This document shows, in pieces, positions 22,640 to 30,991 of a DNA stretch of 32,000 nt. Where the stretch lies: the NCBI RefSeq assembly GCF_000021865.1, contig NC_014034.1, positions 2,220,001 through 2,252,000 of the forward strand. The letters are read 5' to 3'. Source of the stretch: Rhodobacter capsulatus SB 1003. GTDB taxonomy: Bacteria > Pseudomonadota > Alphaproteobacteria > Rhodobacterales > Rhodobacteraceae. Every line of letters starts with the position of its first letter. Position 1 is the first letter of the stretch. Made by a program: the position numbers and the translations under genes. Below the pieces are notes generated by a model. The model was not told the origin of the DNA and did not search any database. It saw nothing but the letters and a program-made list of their open reading frames with translations.

Positions 22640-23890
22640 TCAGCGCTTCGCGACGGCGCCGAATTCGGTGCTGGCAAAGCGGCTCATCGCAGAGCCGATT
22701 TCCTCGGACAGGCGCAGGATCGTTTCCAGCCGGGTCTTGATTTCGGCATGGAACAGATCGAGCTGATCGATCGTCGCCGCCAGCCCGCCGCCATTGGCGC
22801 GCAACCGGCCGCATTCCACCCGCCCCATCACCCGGATCGTGTCGAGCCCCAGCATCAGACGGCGGATTTCCGAGCTGGACCGGGTCAGTTCCTCGGCATG
22901 GTCGACCGCGCTTTTCAGCGCCACGCGGCTGTCTTCGCGGCCGGAGGCGCGCAGCCGTTCCAGCCCCGCCCCCTCGGCCGCCCAGTCGATCCCCGCGACC
23001 GGCTCGGCGTGGCGGAAGCGGCTGATCATCTCGCCAAGGACGCGATCCGCCCCAAGCAGGAACAGCGCCCGCGCCGCCTGCCGCGAGACCCGGTCGCAGA
23101 GGTTGTCGCGGCCGGTGACGAAGCTGCGCAGCCGCTCCGAGATCACCAGCGAGGAGGCGCGGTAGTTTTCGGAAATCGCCGAGACCGGCCCGCCCGAAGG
23201 TTCCAGCCGCGAACGCACAAGGCGCATGTTGTTCGGGATCGACTGCAGCGATTCGAAGCTGCGCAGCAATTTGCGCTGCTCCTGCGTCACCTGTTCCAGC
23301 GCCACGTTCAGATCGATCAGGCGCTGGGTGCGCGGATCGACCGGGCGGCGCATGCGGATGTCGCGGGCGGCAAGTTCCTGGCCCAGCGCGCTGGCCATGA
23401 AGGTGGTGTAGCTGGTGAAGCCCGCCTCGGTCACGGCGTGCCACAGCATCCGGGCGCTGGCCTCGGGGTCGAGCCCTTCGACCCGTTCGCGGGTGCAAAG
23501 ATCGGCATAAAGCGCCCGGACCTTGTCGAAGAGCGGCGAGGAGGGCTTGAGGCGGACCGACAGATAGCCGCCCTCCATCGGCAGGATCACCCCGAAGACC
23601 CAGTAATGATCGCCGTTGCGGGCCCGGTTCTTGACATAGCCGCCCATCGGATGGCCGTTGCCCAGCGCGTCCCAGAGGATGCGGAAAACCGCGCGCGGCG
23701 TGTCGGGATGGCGGATGATCTTGTGCGGCGCCCCCAGAAGGTCGCCCCAGCCATAGCCCGAGACGCGCTGGAACACGTCATTGCCCGCCAGAATGACGCC
23801 GCGCTTGTCGGTGCGCGAAAAGAACACCTCGTCGAAGCCAAAGTCAACCGCCCCTTCGGCATGGCGCGACGGATCATTCTGCAGGGTCAC
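22640..23890 (-). CDS. Cytoplasmic Aer-like PAS-domain signalling protein with a divergent MCP-like C-terminal region
   Basis: 416 aa with no TM segments. The N-terminal FFSRTDKRGVILAGNDVFQRVSGYGWGDLLGAPHKIIRHPDTPRAVFRILWDALGNGHPMGGYVKNRARNGDHYWV closely follows the Aer/PAS_3 pattern (TD.kG.I...N..F...SGY....L.G.pHn.vRHPdMP...F.d.W..l..G..W.G.vKNR.k.G..YWV). The C-terminus is helical and only loosely MCP-like. Confidence 0.7.
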   Translation of the reverse strand: MTLQNDPSRHAEGAVDFGFDEVFFSRTDKRGVILAGNDVFQRVSGYGWGDLLGAPHKIIRHPDTPRAVFRILWDALGNGHPMGGYVKNRARNGDHYWVFGVILPMEGGYLSVRLKPSSPLFDKVRALYADLCTRERVEGLDPEASARMLWHAVTEAGFTSYTTFMASALGQELAARDIRMRRPVDPRTQRLIDLNVALEQVTQEQRKLLRSFESLQSIPNNMRLVRSRLEPSGGPVSAISENYRASSLVISERLRSFVTGRDNLCDRVSRQAARALFLLGADRVLGEMISRFRHAEPVAGIDWAAEGAGLERLRASGREDSRVALKSAVDHAEELTRSSSEIRRLMLGLDTIRVMGRVECGRLRANGGGLAATIDQLDLFHAEIKTRLETILRLSEEIGSAMSRFASTEFGAVAKR

Positions 23891-24005
23891 GGGGCCTCTC
23901 CGGTTCTTGAACGCCCCATTCTACCCTGGGCGGTGTTACCGGGAGCTTTATTTTCGGGCATTGACCGCCGATATTCGCGCGAGACGCGGCCTTTTCCGGG
24001 CCGAC

Positions 24006-26162
24006 TCAGGCCGGATCGGGCCGCGGCCCCGCACCGGGCTTGATCCAGGCCGAAACCGGCGCCGGACGGCCGAAATGGTAGCCCTGCAGGAAATCGGCGC
24101 CGATCCGGCGCAAGAGCACCGCCTCGGCCTCGCTCTCGACCCCCTCGGCGACGATCGACAGCTCCATCGCCCGCGCCAGCCCGACGATCGAGCGCACCAT
24201 CCGCATCCCCTGCTGGCCGTCCTCGATCGAGCGCACGAAGGAACGGTCGATCTTCAGCACGTCAAAGGGCATCTGCGTCAGATAGCCGATCGAGGCGAAG
24301 CCGGTGCCGAAATCGTCCAAAGCCAGGGTGAAGCCGTTGTGGCTGAGCGCGATCAGCTCGTGTTCGATCGTGGCATCGTCGCGCACGACGATCTGTTCGG
24401 TCACCTCGACCTCGATCCGCCAGGGCGCGATGCCATGCGACAGCACGACAGCGGTGAATTTCTCGGCAAAGCCGCGGCTCATCAGCTGCGCGGGCGAAAT
24501 GTTGATGCTGACCCGGGCCTGATCCATGAGGCGCATGTCGGCGCAGACCAGATCGAGCAGCCGCCAGCCCAGCGGCATGATCAGCCCGCTCGCCTCCGCC
24601 ACCTTGATGAAGCGGTCGGGCGCCACCGCGCCCAGCTCGGGCGAGGTCCAGCGCGCCAGCGCCTCGTAGCGGATCGGCGCGGCGCCAAGGCTTGCGGGCA
24701 CGATCGGCTGGTAATGGATTTCCAGCCCCTCGCCCTCGGCAAGCGCGCGGCGCAATTCGCGTTCGATCCGCTTGTGATCGAGATCCTCGCTCTCCATGCG
24801 CTTGTCATAGCGCACGACCTCCAGCGTCTCGCGCAGCTTGGCCGAATACATCGCCCGGTCGGCGCGGCGCAAAAGCTCTTCCTGTTCCATGCCGCGCCGA
24901 TCCTCGAAGGCCAGCCCCTTGGAGGACAGAACCTCGAAGCTGACCCCGTTGCACAGGATGGGCTGTTCGGACAAGCGGTTGATCTGACGGCATTTCTCTG
25001 CGACGATCCGGTCAAGGTCCCGGCTTGCGGAAAACACCACGAAGAATTCGTCGCCGCCGTAGCGGGCCAGAAAGGCGGTCTCGTCGGCGATGGCGCGCAG
25101 CCGCGCGGCGAATTCGACCAGAAAGGCGTCGCCGCCCAGATGCCCGACGGTGTCGTTGATCTGCTTGAAGCGCACCAGATCGATGGCCAGAACGGCGCAA
25201 TCGACGTCGCTGCTGTCGCGCAGGCTGTCCAGATGCTCGCGCATCGCAAAGCGGTTGGGCAGGCTGGTCAGCGCGTCGATCCGCGCGCGGTCGAAGGAAA
25301 TCGCCTCGCGTTCGATCAGCCCCGCCGCCTTCGAGCGCAGCAGCAGCGCCGCCGAATAGGAGATCACCACAAAGACGAAGCTGATCCCCGCCATGATCGG
25401 AAACATCTTCCAGAACAACAGCGTGCCCGGTTGCGGCGGGGTCCAGCGCAGCCAGGCGACCGGCTTTCCGTCCACCCCCGGCAGCGCCACCGAGATCGTC
25501 TGCGCGGCCTCGGGCGGGGTCATCGTCACGGCCAGCCCGGTGATCGAGAATTCGCTTTCCATGTCCCGCAGCCGCTGCGGCGCCATCACCTTGCCGATCG
25601 TGGCGATGCCGGCGCTGCCGGGCACGACGCGCGCCAGAAGCGCGGGGTTTTCGGGCAGCAGATAGGAGCTTGAAAACATCACCGGCTGGCCGTCGCGCAT
25701 CTCGAAGTAATCATGCGTCTGGCGGTGCGACGGGTCGAGCCCGGGGGCGATCCTGCGCAGGATCTGCCGCGTCCGTTCGGTCAGCAACCCCGGCTGCGGC
25801 GCCAGCCCCGCCCCCTCGCGCCAGGACAGCGGCGCCGCGAACGGACCGTCGAAGACTTCGGCAAACTGGAACACCTCGCCGCGATGCGCCGTGATGCCGT
25901 AATTCGAGGCCAGCCGGTCGATCGCCAGCTCCTGGGCATCAAGATAAAGGTCTGTCCAGTTGTGGTAATCGCTTGCCAGAATCGACACCTGTTCGAGCAG
26001 GTTCTGCACCCGTCCGGCCACGCGCTTGGTCGATTCCTCGGCGGCGCTGTCGTCCATCGTGCCGCGCACCGAAAGGAGCGACATCCACAGCACCGCCAGC
26101 ACCGCGAGCAGAACCGCGGTCACCAGGACCACGATCTGCCGCGGCAGGGTGTTTCCACTCAT
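24006..26162 (-). CDS. Membrane-anchored sensor diguanylate cyclase/phosphodiesterase (periplasmic sensor domain, GGDEF, EAL)
   Basis: 718 aa. TM1 is IVVLVTAVLLAVLAVLWMSLL. A loop of about 230 aa follows (CHASE4-like; not verified), then TM2. The GGDEF domain has an intact RYGGDEFFVV and no RxxD I-site at the usual -5 position. The EAL domain has YEALARW, DDFGTG, KIDRSF and EGVE. Confidence 0.88.
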   Translation of the reverse strand: MSGNTLPRQIVVLVTAVLLAVLAVLWMSLLSVRGTMDDSAAEESTKRVAGRVQNLLEQVSILASDYHNWTDLYLDAQELAIDRLASNYGITAHRGEVFQFAEVFDGPFAAPLSWREGAGLAPQPGLLTERTRQILRRIAPGLDPSHRQTHDYFEMRDGQPVMFSSSYLLPENPALLARVVPGSAGIATIGKVMAPQRLRDMESEFSITGLAVTMTPPEAAQTISVALPGVDGKPVAWLRWTPPQPGTLLFWKMFPIMAGISFVFVVISYSAALLLRSKAAGLIEREAISFDRARIDALTSLPNRFAMREHLDSLRDSSDVDCAVLAIDLVRFKQINDTVGHLGGDAFLVEFAARLRAIADETAFLARYGGDEFFVVFSASRDLDRIVAEKCRQINRLSEQPILCNGVSFEVLSSKGLAFEDRRGMEQEELLRRADRAMYSAKLRETLEVVRYDKRMESEDLDHKRIERELRRALAEGEGLEIHYQPIVPASLGAAPIRYEALARWTSPELGAVAPDRFIKVAEASGLIMPLGWRLLDLVCADMRLMDQARVSINISPAQLMSRGFAEKFTAVVLSHGIAPWRIEVEVTEQIVVRDDATIEHELIALSHNGFTLALDDFGTGFASIGYLTQMPFDVLKIDRSFVRSIEDGQQGMRMVRSIVGLARAMELSIVAEGVESEAEAVLLRRIGADFLQGYHFGRPAPVSAWIKPGAGPRPDPA

Positions 26163-26557
26163 CAGGCGGCCGCCTCCAGCGGCGGCAGCACGGCATTTTC
26201 GTAGCCCAGAACGCAGACCTGCGCATAGTCGCAGGTCAGTTCGCTGCCCGCGGCCAGATCGCGGGCGGCGATCATCTCCTCGCCGCGGTCGATCAGGCTG
26301 GGGTCGTCGCTGTGGTTCATGAACATGTCCCCATCATTCCCAAGGCGGAAAATTCCGAGATGCGGAAGATATTCCGCGTGGTGCCGCACCGTCTGCGCCA
26401 GATCTTCGGGAAATTGTGCCAGCGTGGCGGCAGGTATGTCCACATCAAACATCGGATCATGGCGCCAGACCGTGGCCCCGGCGCGGATCGGCACCCGAGT
26501 GAAGACGCCAAGGCCGTGAATTTTGCTGCGGGCAACATAGTGACTTACAAGAAGCAT
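26162..26557 (-). CDS. Bacterial SET-domain protein (putative protein-lysine methyltransferase)
   Basis: 131 aa. It has SKIHGLGVFT...IRAGATV at the N-terminus, NHSDDPS (cf. NHSCxPN) and ELTCDY (cf. ELxxDY). Its TGA overlaps the ATG of the downstream GGDEF-EAL gene (TGATG). Confidence 0.75.
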   Translation of the reverse strand: MLLVSHYVARSKIHGLGVFTRVPIRAGATVWRHDPMFDVDIPAATLAQFPEDLAQTVRHHAEYLPHLGIFRLGNDGDMFMNHSDDPSLIDRGEEMIAARDLAAGSELTCDYAQVCVLGYENAVLPPLEAAA

Positions 26558-26590
26558 GGAATGTCTCGTCTGTGCATCGGGAAGGGTCGT

Positions 26591-26917
26591 TCAGGCCTCG
26601 GCCTGCATCATCACGACGGAAAACAGCGCAGCGCCAATGCCTGCGATCTGCCGCGTCGAGAGGGTTTCTCCGAAAAAGACAACACCGACACCGGTCAGCA
26701 GCAGGATGGTGGCCGCGCTGTAGCGCACGGCGATCTGCGCCAGGCTCTGGCTTTGCATGAGCCACATCCAGCCAAGCGCGGTCAGCGCATAAAGCGCCGC
26801 CCCGGTGAAGAACCAGACCGAGGCATGCGGCACGGCGCGCAGGCTTGCGGATTTGAGCGCGTAATCGCCGACAATCGTCAGGACGACGATTGCCGCCAGA
26901 ATGAGATAGGATCGCAT
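26591..26917 (-). CDS. Small 4-TM membrane protein of the SMR/EamA-like (DMT) type
   Basis: 108 aa with four hydrophobic segments. The N-terminal LILAAIVVLTIVGDYALK is reminiscent of SMR/ArnE-like proteins. A GGAG RBS precedes the ATG, and the gene sits 33 nt upstream of the SET gene on the same strand. Confidence 0.6.
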   Translation of the reverse strand: MRSYLILAAIVVLTIVGDYALKSASLRAVPHASVWFFTGAALYALTALGWMWLMQSQSLAQIAVRYSAATILLLTGVGVVFFGETLSTRQIAGIGAALFSVVMMQAEA

Positions 26918-27245
26918 CGCTTGGCACTCCTGATATCGTTGCCTATCGAAGACAGGCCCACGTTAAGGTTAAGATGATTTTCGAATTCTAAACGCGGGCG
27001 GTGGAAACCCGTAAAATTAACCAAATTCCGCGCAGGCGCGCAAAAACACGTCTGCGTGCGGGGACGGGGGGTGTGTTTTTCGGGGGCACAGGGCCCGCCC
27101 TGCGGCGGATCAGGCCCTGTCCGGCCGAGGTCGGGTCACATCCTGCAGCGGAAAGCACAAGGGCAGAATCACCCCTGGCAGGCATCTCCGCGGCGCCAGA
27201 CAGCGCAAAGGCCCGTTGCGCCGCGTCCCCTCTGCGTGGACCGGA

Positions 27246-29204
27246 TCAGACGTCCAGCTCCTCAACGAACCGCGCGTTCTCGGTGATGTACTGGAACCGC
27301 AGCTCGGGTTTCTTGCCCATCAGCCGTTCCACCAGATCGTCGGTCTCGCCCGCGAATTCGTCGTCGATGGTGACCCGGATCAGCTTGCGCGTCGCCGGGT
27401 TCATCGTCGTGTCCTTCAGGTCCTTGGCATCCATCTCGCCCAGACCCTTGAAGCGCTGCACGTCGATCTTGCCGCGCCCGCCCAGCCCCTTCGCCATCCA
27501 GACGTCCTTTTCGGCATCGTCGGCGACATAGATCCGCTTCGCCCCCTGCGTCAGCCGGTAAAGCGGCGGGCAGGCCAGATACAAATGGCCCTTGTCGATC
27601 AGCCCCCGCATCTGGGTGAAGAAAAACGTCATCAGCAGCGAGGCAATATGCGCGCCGTCGACATCGGCGTCGGTCATGATGATGATCTTGTCATAGCGCA
27701 GATCATCGACGCGGAACTTCGTGCCCAGACCCACCCCCAAAGCCTGCGCCAGATCGTTGATTTCCTGGTTCTGGCCCAGTTTCGAACTCGCCGCGCCCAG
27801 CACGTTCAGGATCTTGCCGCGCAAGGGCAAGAGCGCCTGCATCGTCCGGTCCCGCGCCATCTTGGCCGAGCCACCCGCCGAATCGCCCTCGACGATGAAA
27901 AGCTCCGTCCCCTCGCGGTTCGTGGCCGAGCAATCGACGAGCTTCCCGGGCAGGCGCAGCTTCTTCGTCGCCGATTTGCGCGAGGTTTCCTTTTCCGCCT
28001 TGCGCCGCAGCCGCTCCTCGGCCCGCAGGACAAGGAAATCAAGGATCGCCCCCGCGGCCTTGGTGTCGGTGGTCAGCCAGGTGTCGAAATAATCCCGCAC
28101 CGCATTTTCCACCCAGCGCGCGGCCTCTTCCGTGCTCAGCCGGTCCTTGGTCTGGCCGACAAAGGACGGCTCACGGATGAAGATCGAGATCAGCGCGCAG
28201 CCACCCGTCAGCATGTCCTCGCGGGTGATCTGCGCCGCCTTCTTGTTGTTGATCCGCTCGCCATAGGCGCGGATGCCCTTGAGGATCGCCGCCCAAAACC
28301 CGGCTTCGTGCGTGCCGCCCTCGGGCGTGGGCACGGTGTTGCAATAGCTGTGGATGAAGCCGTCGCGCACCGGGGTCCAGTTGATCGCCCATTCGACCGA
28401 GCCGGGGATATTGTATTTTTCCTCGAAACTGACGCGGCCCGCAAAGGGCTTGTCGGAATAGGTCGAGGCCCCGGTCAGGGCTTCGGCCAGATAATCGGCA
28501 AGGCCATTGGGGAAATGGAAGGTCGCTTCCGTCGGCGTGTCACCATCGGCAATCGCCGTCTTCCAGCGGATCTCGACGCCCGAAAACAGGTAAGCCTTGG
28601 AACGCGTCATCTTGAAGAGCCGCGCGGGCTTGAGGCTCAGCGAGCCGAAAATCTCCGGATCGGGGTGAAAGGTCACGGTGGTGCCGCGCCGGTTCGGCGC
28701 CGCGCCCAGCTTCGCCACCGGCCCCTGCGGCACGCCGCGCGAAAAGCGCTGCTCGTAAAGCTCCTTGTTGCGCGCGACCTGCACCACCATCAGATCGGAG
28801 AGCGCATTCACCACCGAGGAGCCGACCCCGTTCAGACCGCCCGAGGTCGAATAGGCCTTGTTCGAAAACTTCCCCCCCGCATGCAGCGTGCACAGGATCA
28901 CCTCCAGCGCCGATTTGCCGGGAAACTTCGGATGCGGATCGACGGGAATGCCGCGGCCATTGTCGCGCACGGTGACCGAACCATCGGCATTCACCTCGAC
29001 CTCGATCCGGTTGGCGTGCCCCGCCACCGCCTCGTCCATGGCGTTGTCGAGAATCTCCGCCACCATGTGATGCAGCGCGCGCTCATCGGTGCCGCCGATA
29101 TACATGCCCGGCCGCTTGCGCACCGGCTCCAGCCCTTCGAGCACCTCGATCGAGGACGCGTCATAAGTCTCGCTCGGGGTCGAGGACAGAAGATCGCCGG
29201 ACAT
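27246..29204 (-). CDS. parE: DNA topoisomerase IV subunit B
   Basis: YDASSIEVLEGLEPVRKRPGMYIGGTDERALHHMVAEILDNAMDEAVAG, GGLNGVGSSVVNALS, Toprim EGDSAGGSAK, and PLRGKILNV are present. The length of about 650 aa lacks the proteobacterial GyrB insertion, so I call ParE rather than GyrB. The start is uncertain: ATG 29204 (MSGDLL) or ATG 29219 (MKASTMSGDLL). The longer 691-aa form is Pro/Arg-rich and unlikely. Confidence 0.88.
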   Translation of the reverse strand: MSGDLLSSTPSETYDASSIEVLEGLEPVRKRPGMYIGGTDERALHHMVAEILDNAMDEAVAGHANRIEVEVNADGSVTVRDNGRGIPVDPHPKFPGKSALEVILCTLHAGGKFSNKAYSTSGGLNGVGSSVVNALSDLMVVQVARNKELYEQRFSRGVPQGPVAKLGAAPNRRGTTVTFHPDPEIFGSLSLKPARLFKMTRSKAYLFSGVEIRWKTAIADGDTPTEATFHFPNGLADYLAEALTGASTYSDKPFAGRVSFEEKYNIPGSVEWAINWTPVRDGFIHSYCNTVPTPEGGTHEAGFWAAILKGIRAYGERINNKKAAQITREDMLTGGCALISIFIREPSFVGQTKDRLSTEEAARWVENAVRDYFDTWLTTDTKAAGAILDFLVLRAEERLRRKAEKETSRKSATKKLRLPGKLVDCSATNREGTELFIVEGDSAGGSAKMARDRTMQALLPLRGKILNVLGAASSKLGQNQEINDLAQALGVGLGTKFRVDDLRYDKIIIMTDADVDGAHIASLLMTFFFTQMRGLIDKGHLYLACPPLYRLTQGAKRIYVADDAEKDVWMAKGLGGRGKIDVQRFKGLGEMDAKDLKDTTMNPATRKLIRVTIDDEFAGETDDLVERLMGKKPELRFQYITENARFVEELDV

Positions 29205-29300
29205 GGTGCTCGCTTTCATTGGTGTTCTTGAGATGCACAGATACCGCAGCTTGGGCACCCGGGGCAAGAAGGGGGCTCTGCCCCGTCCCGTGCCGGGACT

Positions 29301-29362
29301 CCCCCGGGATATTTGAGGCAAGATGAAGGGGGGCTTTCATCTTGCCGAAAATATCCCGGGGG
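29301..29362. repeat. 62-nt near-perfect palindrome (14 + 11 bp arms with a 2-nt bubble, 8-nt loop) in the parE / HAD divergent intergenic region
   Basis: CCCCCGGGATATTT-GA-GGCAAGATGAA-[GGGGGGCT]-TTCATCTTGCC-GA-AAATATCCCGGGGG. Confidence 0.85.
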
Positions 29363-29508
29363 GTGAATGGCGCAGCCAGAGGGGGGCAGCGCCCCCTTCG
29401 CGGGCGGCCGCGACGCGCGCCGCAACAGGTCGTGCCCCTTTGTCATTCTGTCGCACCCATGTCATAAGCTGGCCGCATCGATGTCCGAACCGTTCCGAAA
29501 GGCCCCCC

Positions 29509-30387
29509 ATGACCCGCATCCTCCAGTCGCTCGCCGAAATCTCTGCCCGTTACGACGTGCTGCTGTGCGATCTCTGGGGCTGCGTGCATAATGGCGTCGC
29601 CCCCTTCCCCGCCGCCCTCGCCGCGCTGCAAGGCTTCCGCGCCCAGGGCGGCCGGGTGATCCTGATCACCAACGCGCCGCGCCCGGCCCGCTTCGTCGCC
29701 GAGGGGCTCGACCGCATGGGCGTCCCGCGCGAGGCCTGGGATGCCATCGTCACCTCGGGCGATGCGGCGCAGGACGCGATGTTCGCGGGCGCGGTCGGGC
29801 GCAGGCTCTGGCATCTCGGGCCGCAAAAGGACGACGGTTTCTTCACCGAGATCCCGCCGGAATGGCAGGGCCGCAGCCATGTCGAGCGCGTCCCCTTCGA
29901 TCAGGCCGAGGGCATCGTCTGCACCGGCCCCTTTGACGAGCTGAACGAAGTGCCCGAAGACTACCGCCCCCGCTTCCTCGAGGCCAAGACCCGCGGCCTG
30001 CCGCTGCTTTGCGCCAATCCCGATGTGGTCGTCGACATGGGCGAAACCCGGATCTATTGCGCGGGCGCGCTGGCGGCGCTTTACGAGGAAATGGGCGGGC
30101 GCACGATGTATTTCGGCAAGCCGCATCCGCCGATCTATGACATGGCCCGGCGCCGCATGGCGGAATTCGGCCTGACCGATGACAGCCGCGTGCTGGCGGT
30201 GGGCGACGGCATCAACACCGATGTGGCCGGGGCGATCGGCGAAAATCTGGACGTGCTCTTCGTCTCGGGCGGGCTGGCCGCCGAGCAGTTCGGCGCCGAT
30301 GTCGAAAATCCGAACGCGGATCTGCTCCGGGCCTGGCTGGATGCCCGCCAGCAGGATCCGCAATACACGATCGGCCGGCTGCGCTGA
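29509..30387 (+). CDS. HAD-superfamily subfamily IIA hydrolase (TIGR01459-like)
   Basis: ATG 29509 follows GAAAGG. MTRILQSLAEISARYDVLLCDLWGCVHNG carries the HAD motif I variant DxWG. ITNAPR (motif II) and VGDGINTDVAGA (motif IV) are present. The 62 codons upstream in the ORF track overlap the palindrome and are rejected. Confidence 0.8.
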   Translation: MTRILQSLAEISARYDVLLCDLWGCVHNGVAPFPAALAALQGFRAQGGRVILITNAPRPARFVAEGLDRMGVPREAWDAIVTSGDAAQDAMFAGAVGRRLWHLGPQKDDGFFTEIPPEWQGRSHVERVPFDQAEGIVCTGPFDELNEVPEDYRPRFLEAKTRGLPLLCANPDVVVDMGETRIYCAGALAALYEEMGGRTMYFGKPHPPIYDMARRRMAEFGLTDDSRVLAVGDGINTDVAGAIGENLDVLFVSGGLAAEQFGADVENPNADLLRAWLDARQQDPQYTIGRLR

Positions 30388-30510
30388 AACGACCCCGCAA
30401 CTATCTTGCGCCCGACATTCGTCTTGGGTTCATAAGTTTCGCTGCGCTTGCATGGTGGCGGCCGCCGTGCTAAGCGGCGGCGCAGCATGACCCCAAGCCG
30501 GAGCGCCCCC

Positions 30511-30951
30511 ATGACCGACCAAATCCAACGCGGCACGATCTGCATCGATCAGCTTGAACTCGGCATGATGCGCACGCTGACCAAGGAAATCACCGACCGC
30601 GACATCGAGTTGTTCGCCGAGGTCTCGACCGACCGCAACCCGGTGCATCTGGACGAGGATTTCGCCAGCACCACGCTGTTCAAGGGCCGGATCGCGCATG
30701 GGATGCTCTCGGCCGGGCTGATTTCGGCGGTGATCGGCGAGCAGCTGCCGGGCCATGGCACGATCTATCTGGGCCAGTCGCTGAAATTCCGCGCCCCGGT
30801 GCGGCCGGGCGATGTGGTGACGGCCGAAGTCACGGTGGCGGCGATCGATCCGGTGAAGCGTCGGGTCACCCTTGAAACCCGCTGCCGCGTGGGCGATACG
30901 GTGGTGATCGAGGGCGAAGCGCAGGTTCTGGCGCCCGCCTGCAAGCACTGA
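30511..30951 (+). CDS. MaoC-family (R)-specific enoyl-CoA hydratase / dehydratase
   Basis: ATG 30511 has GGAG 7 nt upstream. The hot-dog fold signature FAEVSTDRNPVHLDEDFA......GRIAHGML is present. The protein is 146 aa. Confidence 0.85.
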   Translation: MTDQIQRGTICIDQLELGMMRTLTKEITDRDIELFAEVSTDRNPVHLDEDFASTTLFKGRIAHGMLSAGLISAVIGEQLPGHGTIYLGQSLKFRAPVRPGDVVTAEVTVAAIDPVKRRVTLETRCRVGDTVVIEGEAQVLAPACKH

Positions 30952-30991
30952 CACGACCGGCGGCCTCGCCGGAGGCGGGACAAGACCGGGC

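Noticed and set aside
27246-29321. Calling this GHKL/Toprim gene gyrB
   Set aside because: The length of about 650 aa lacks the roughly 170-aa insertion of proteobacterial GyrB. The GMYIGGTDERALHH / EILDNAMDEAVAGHA N-terminus matches ParE-type sequences, so I call it parE.
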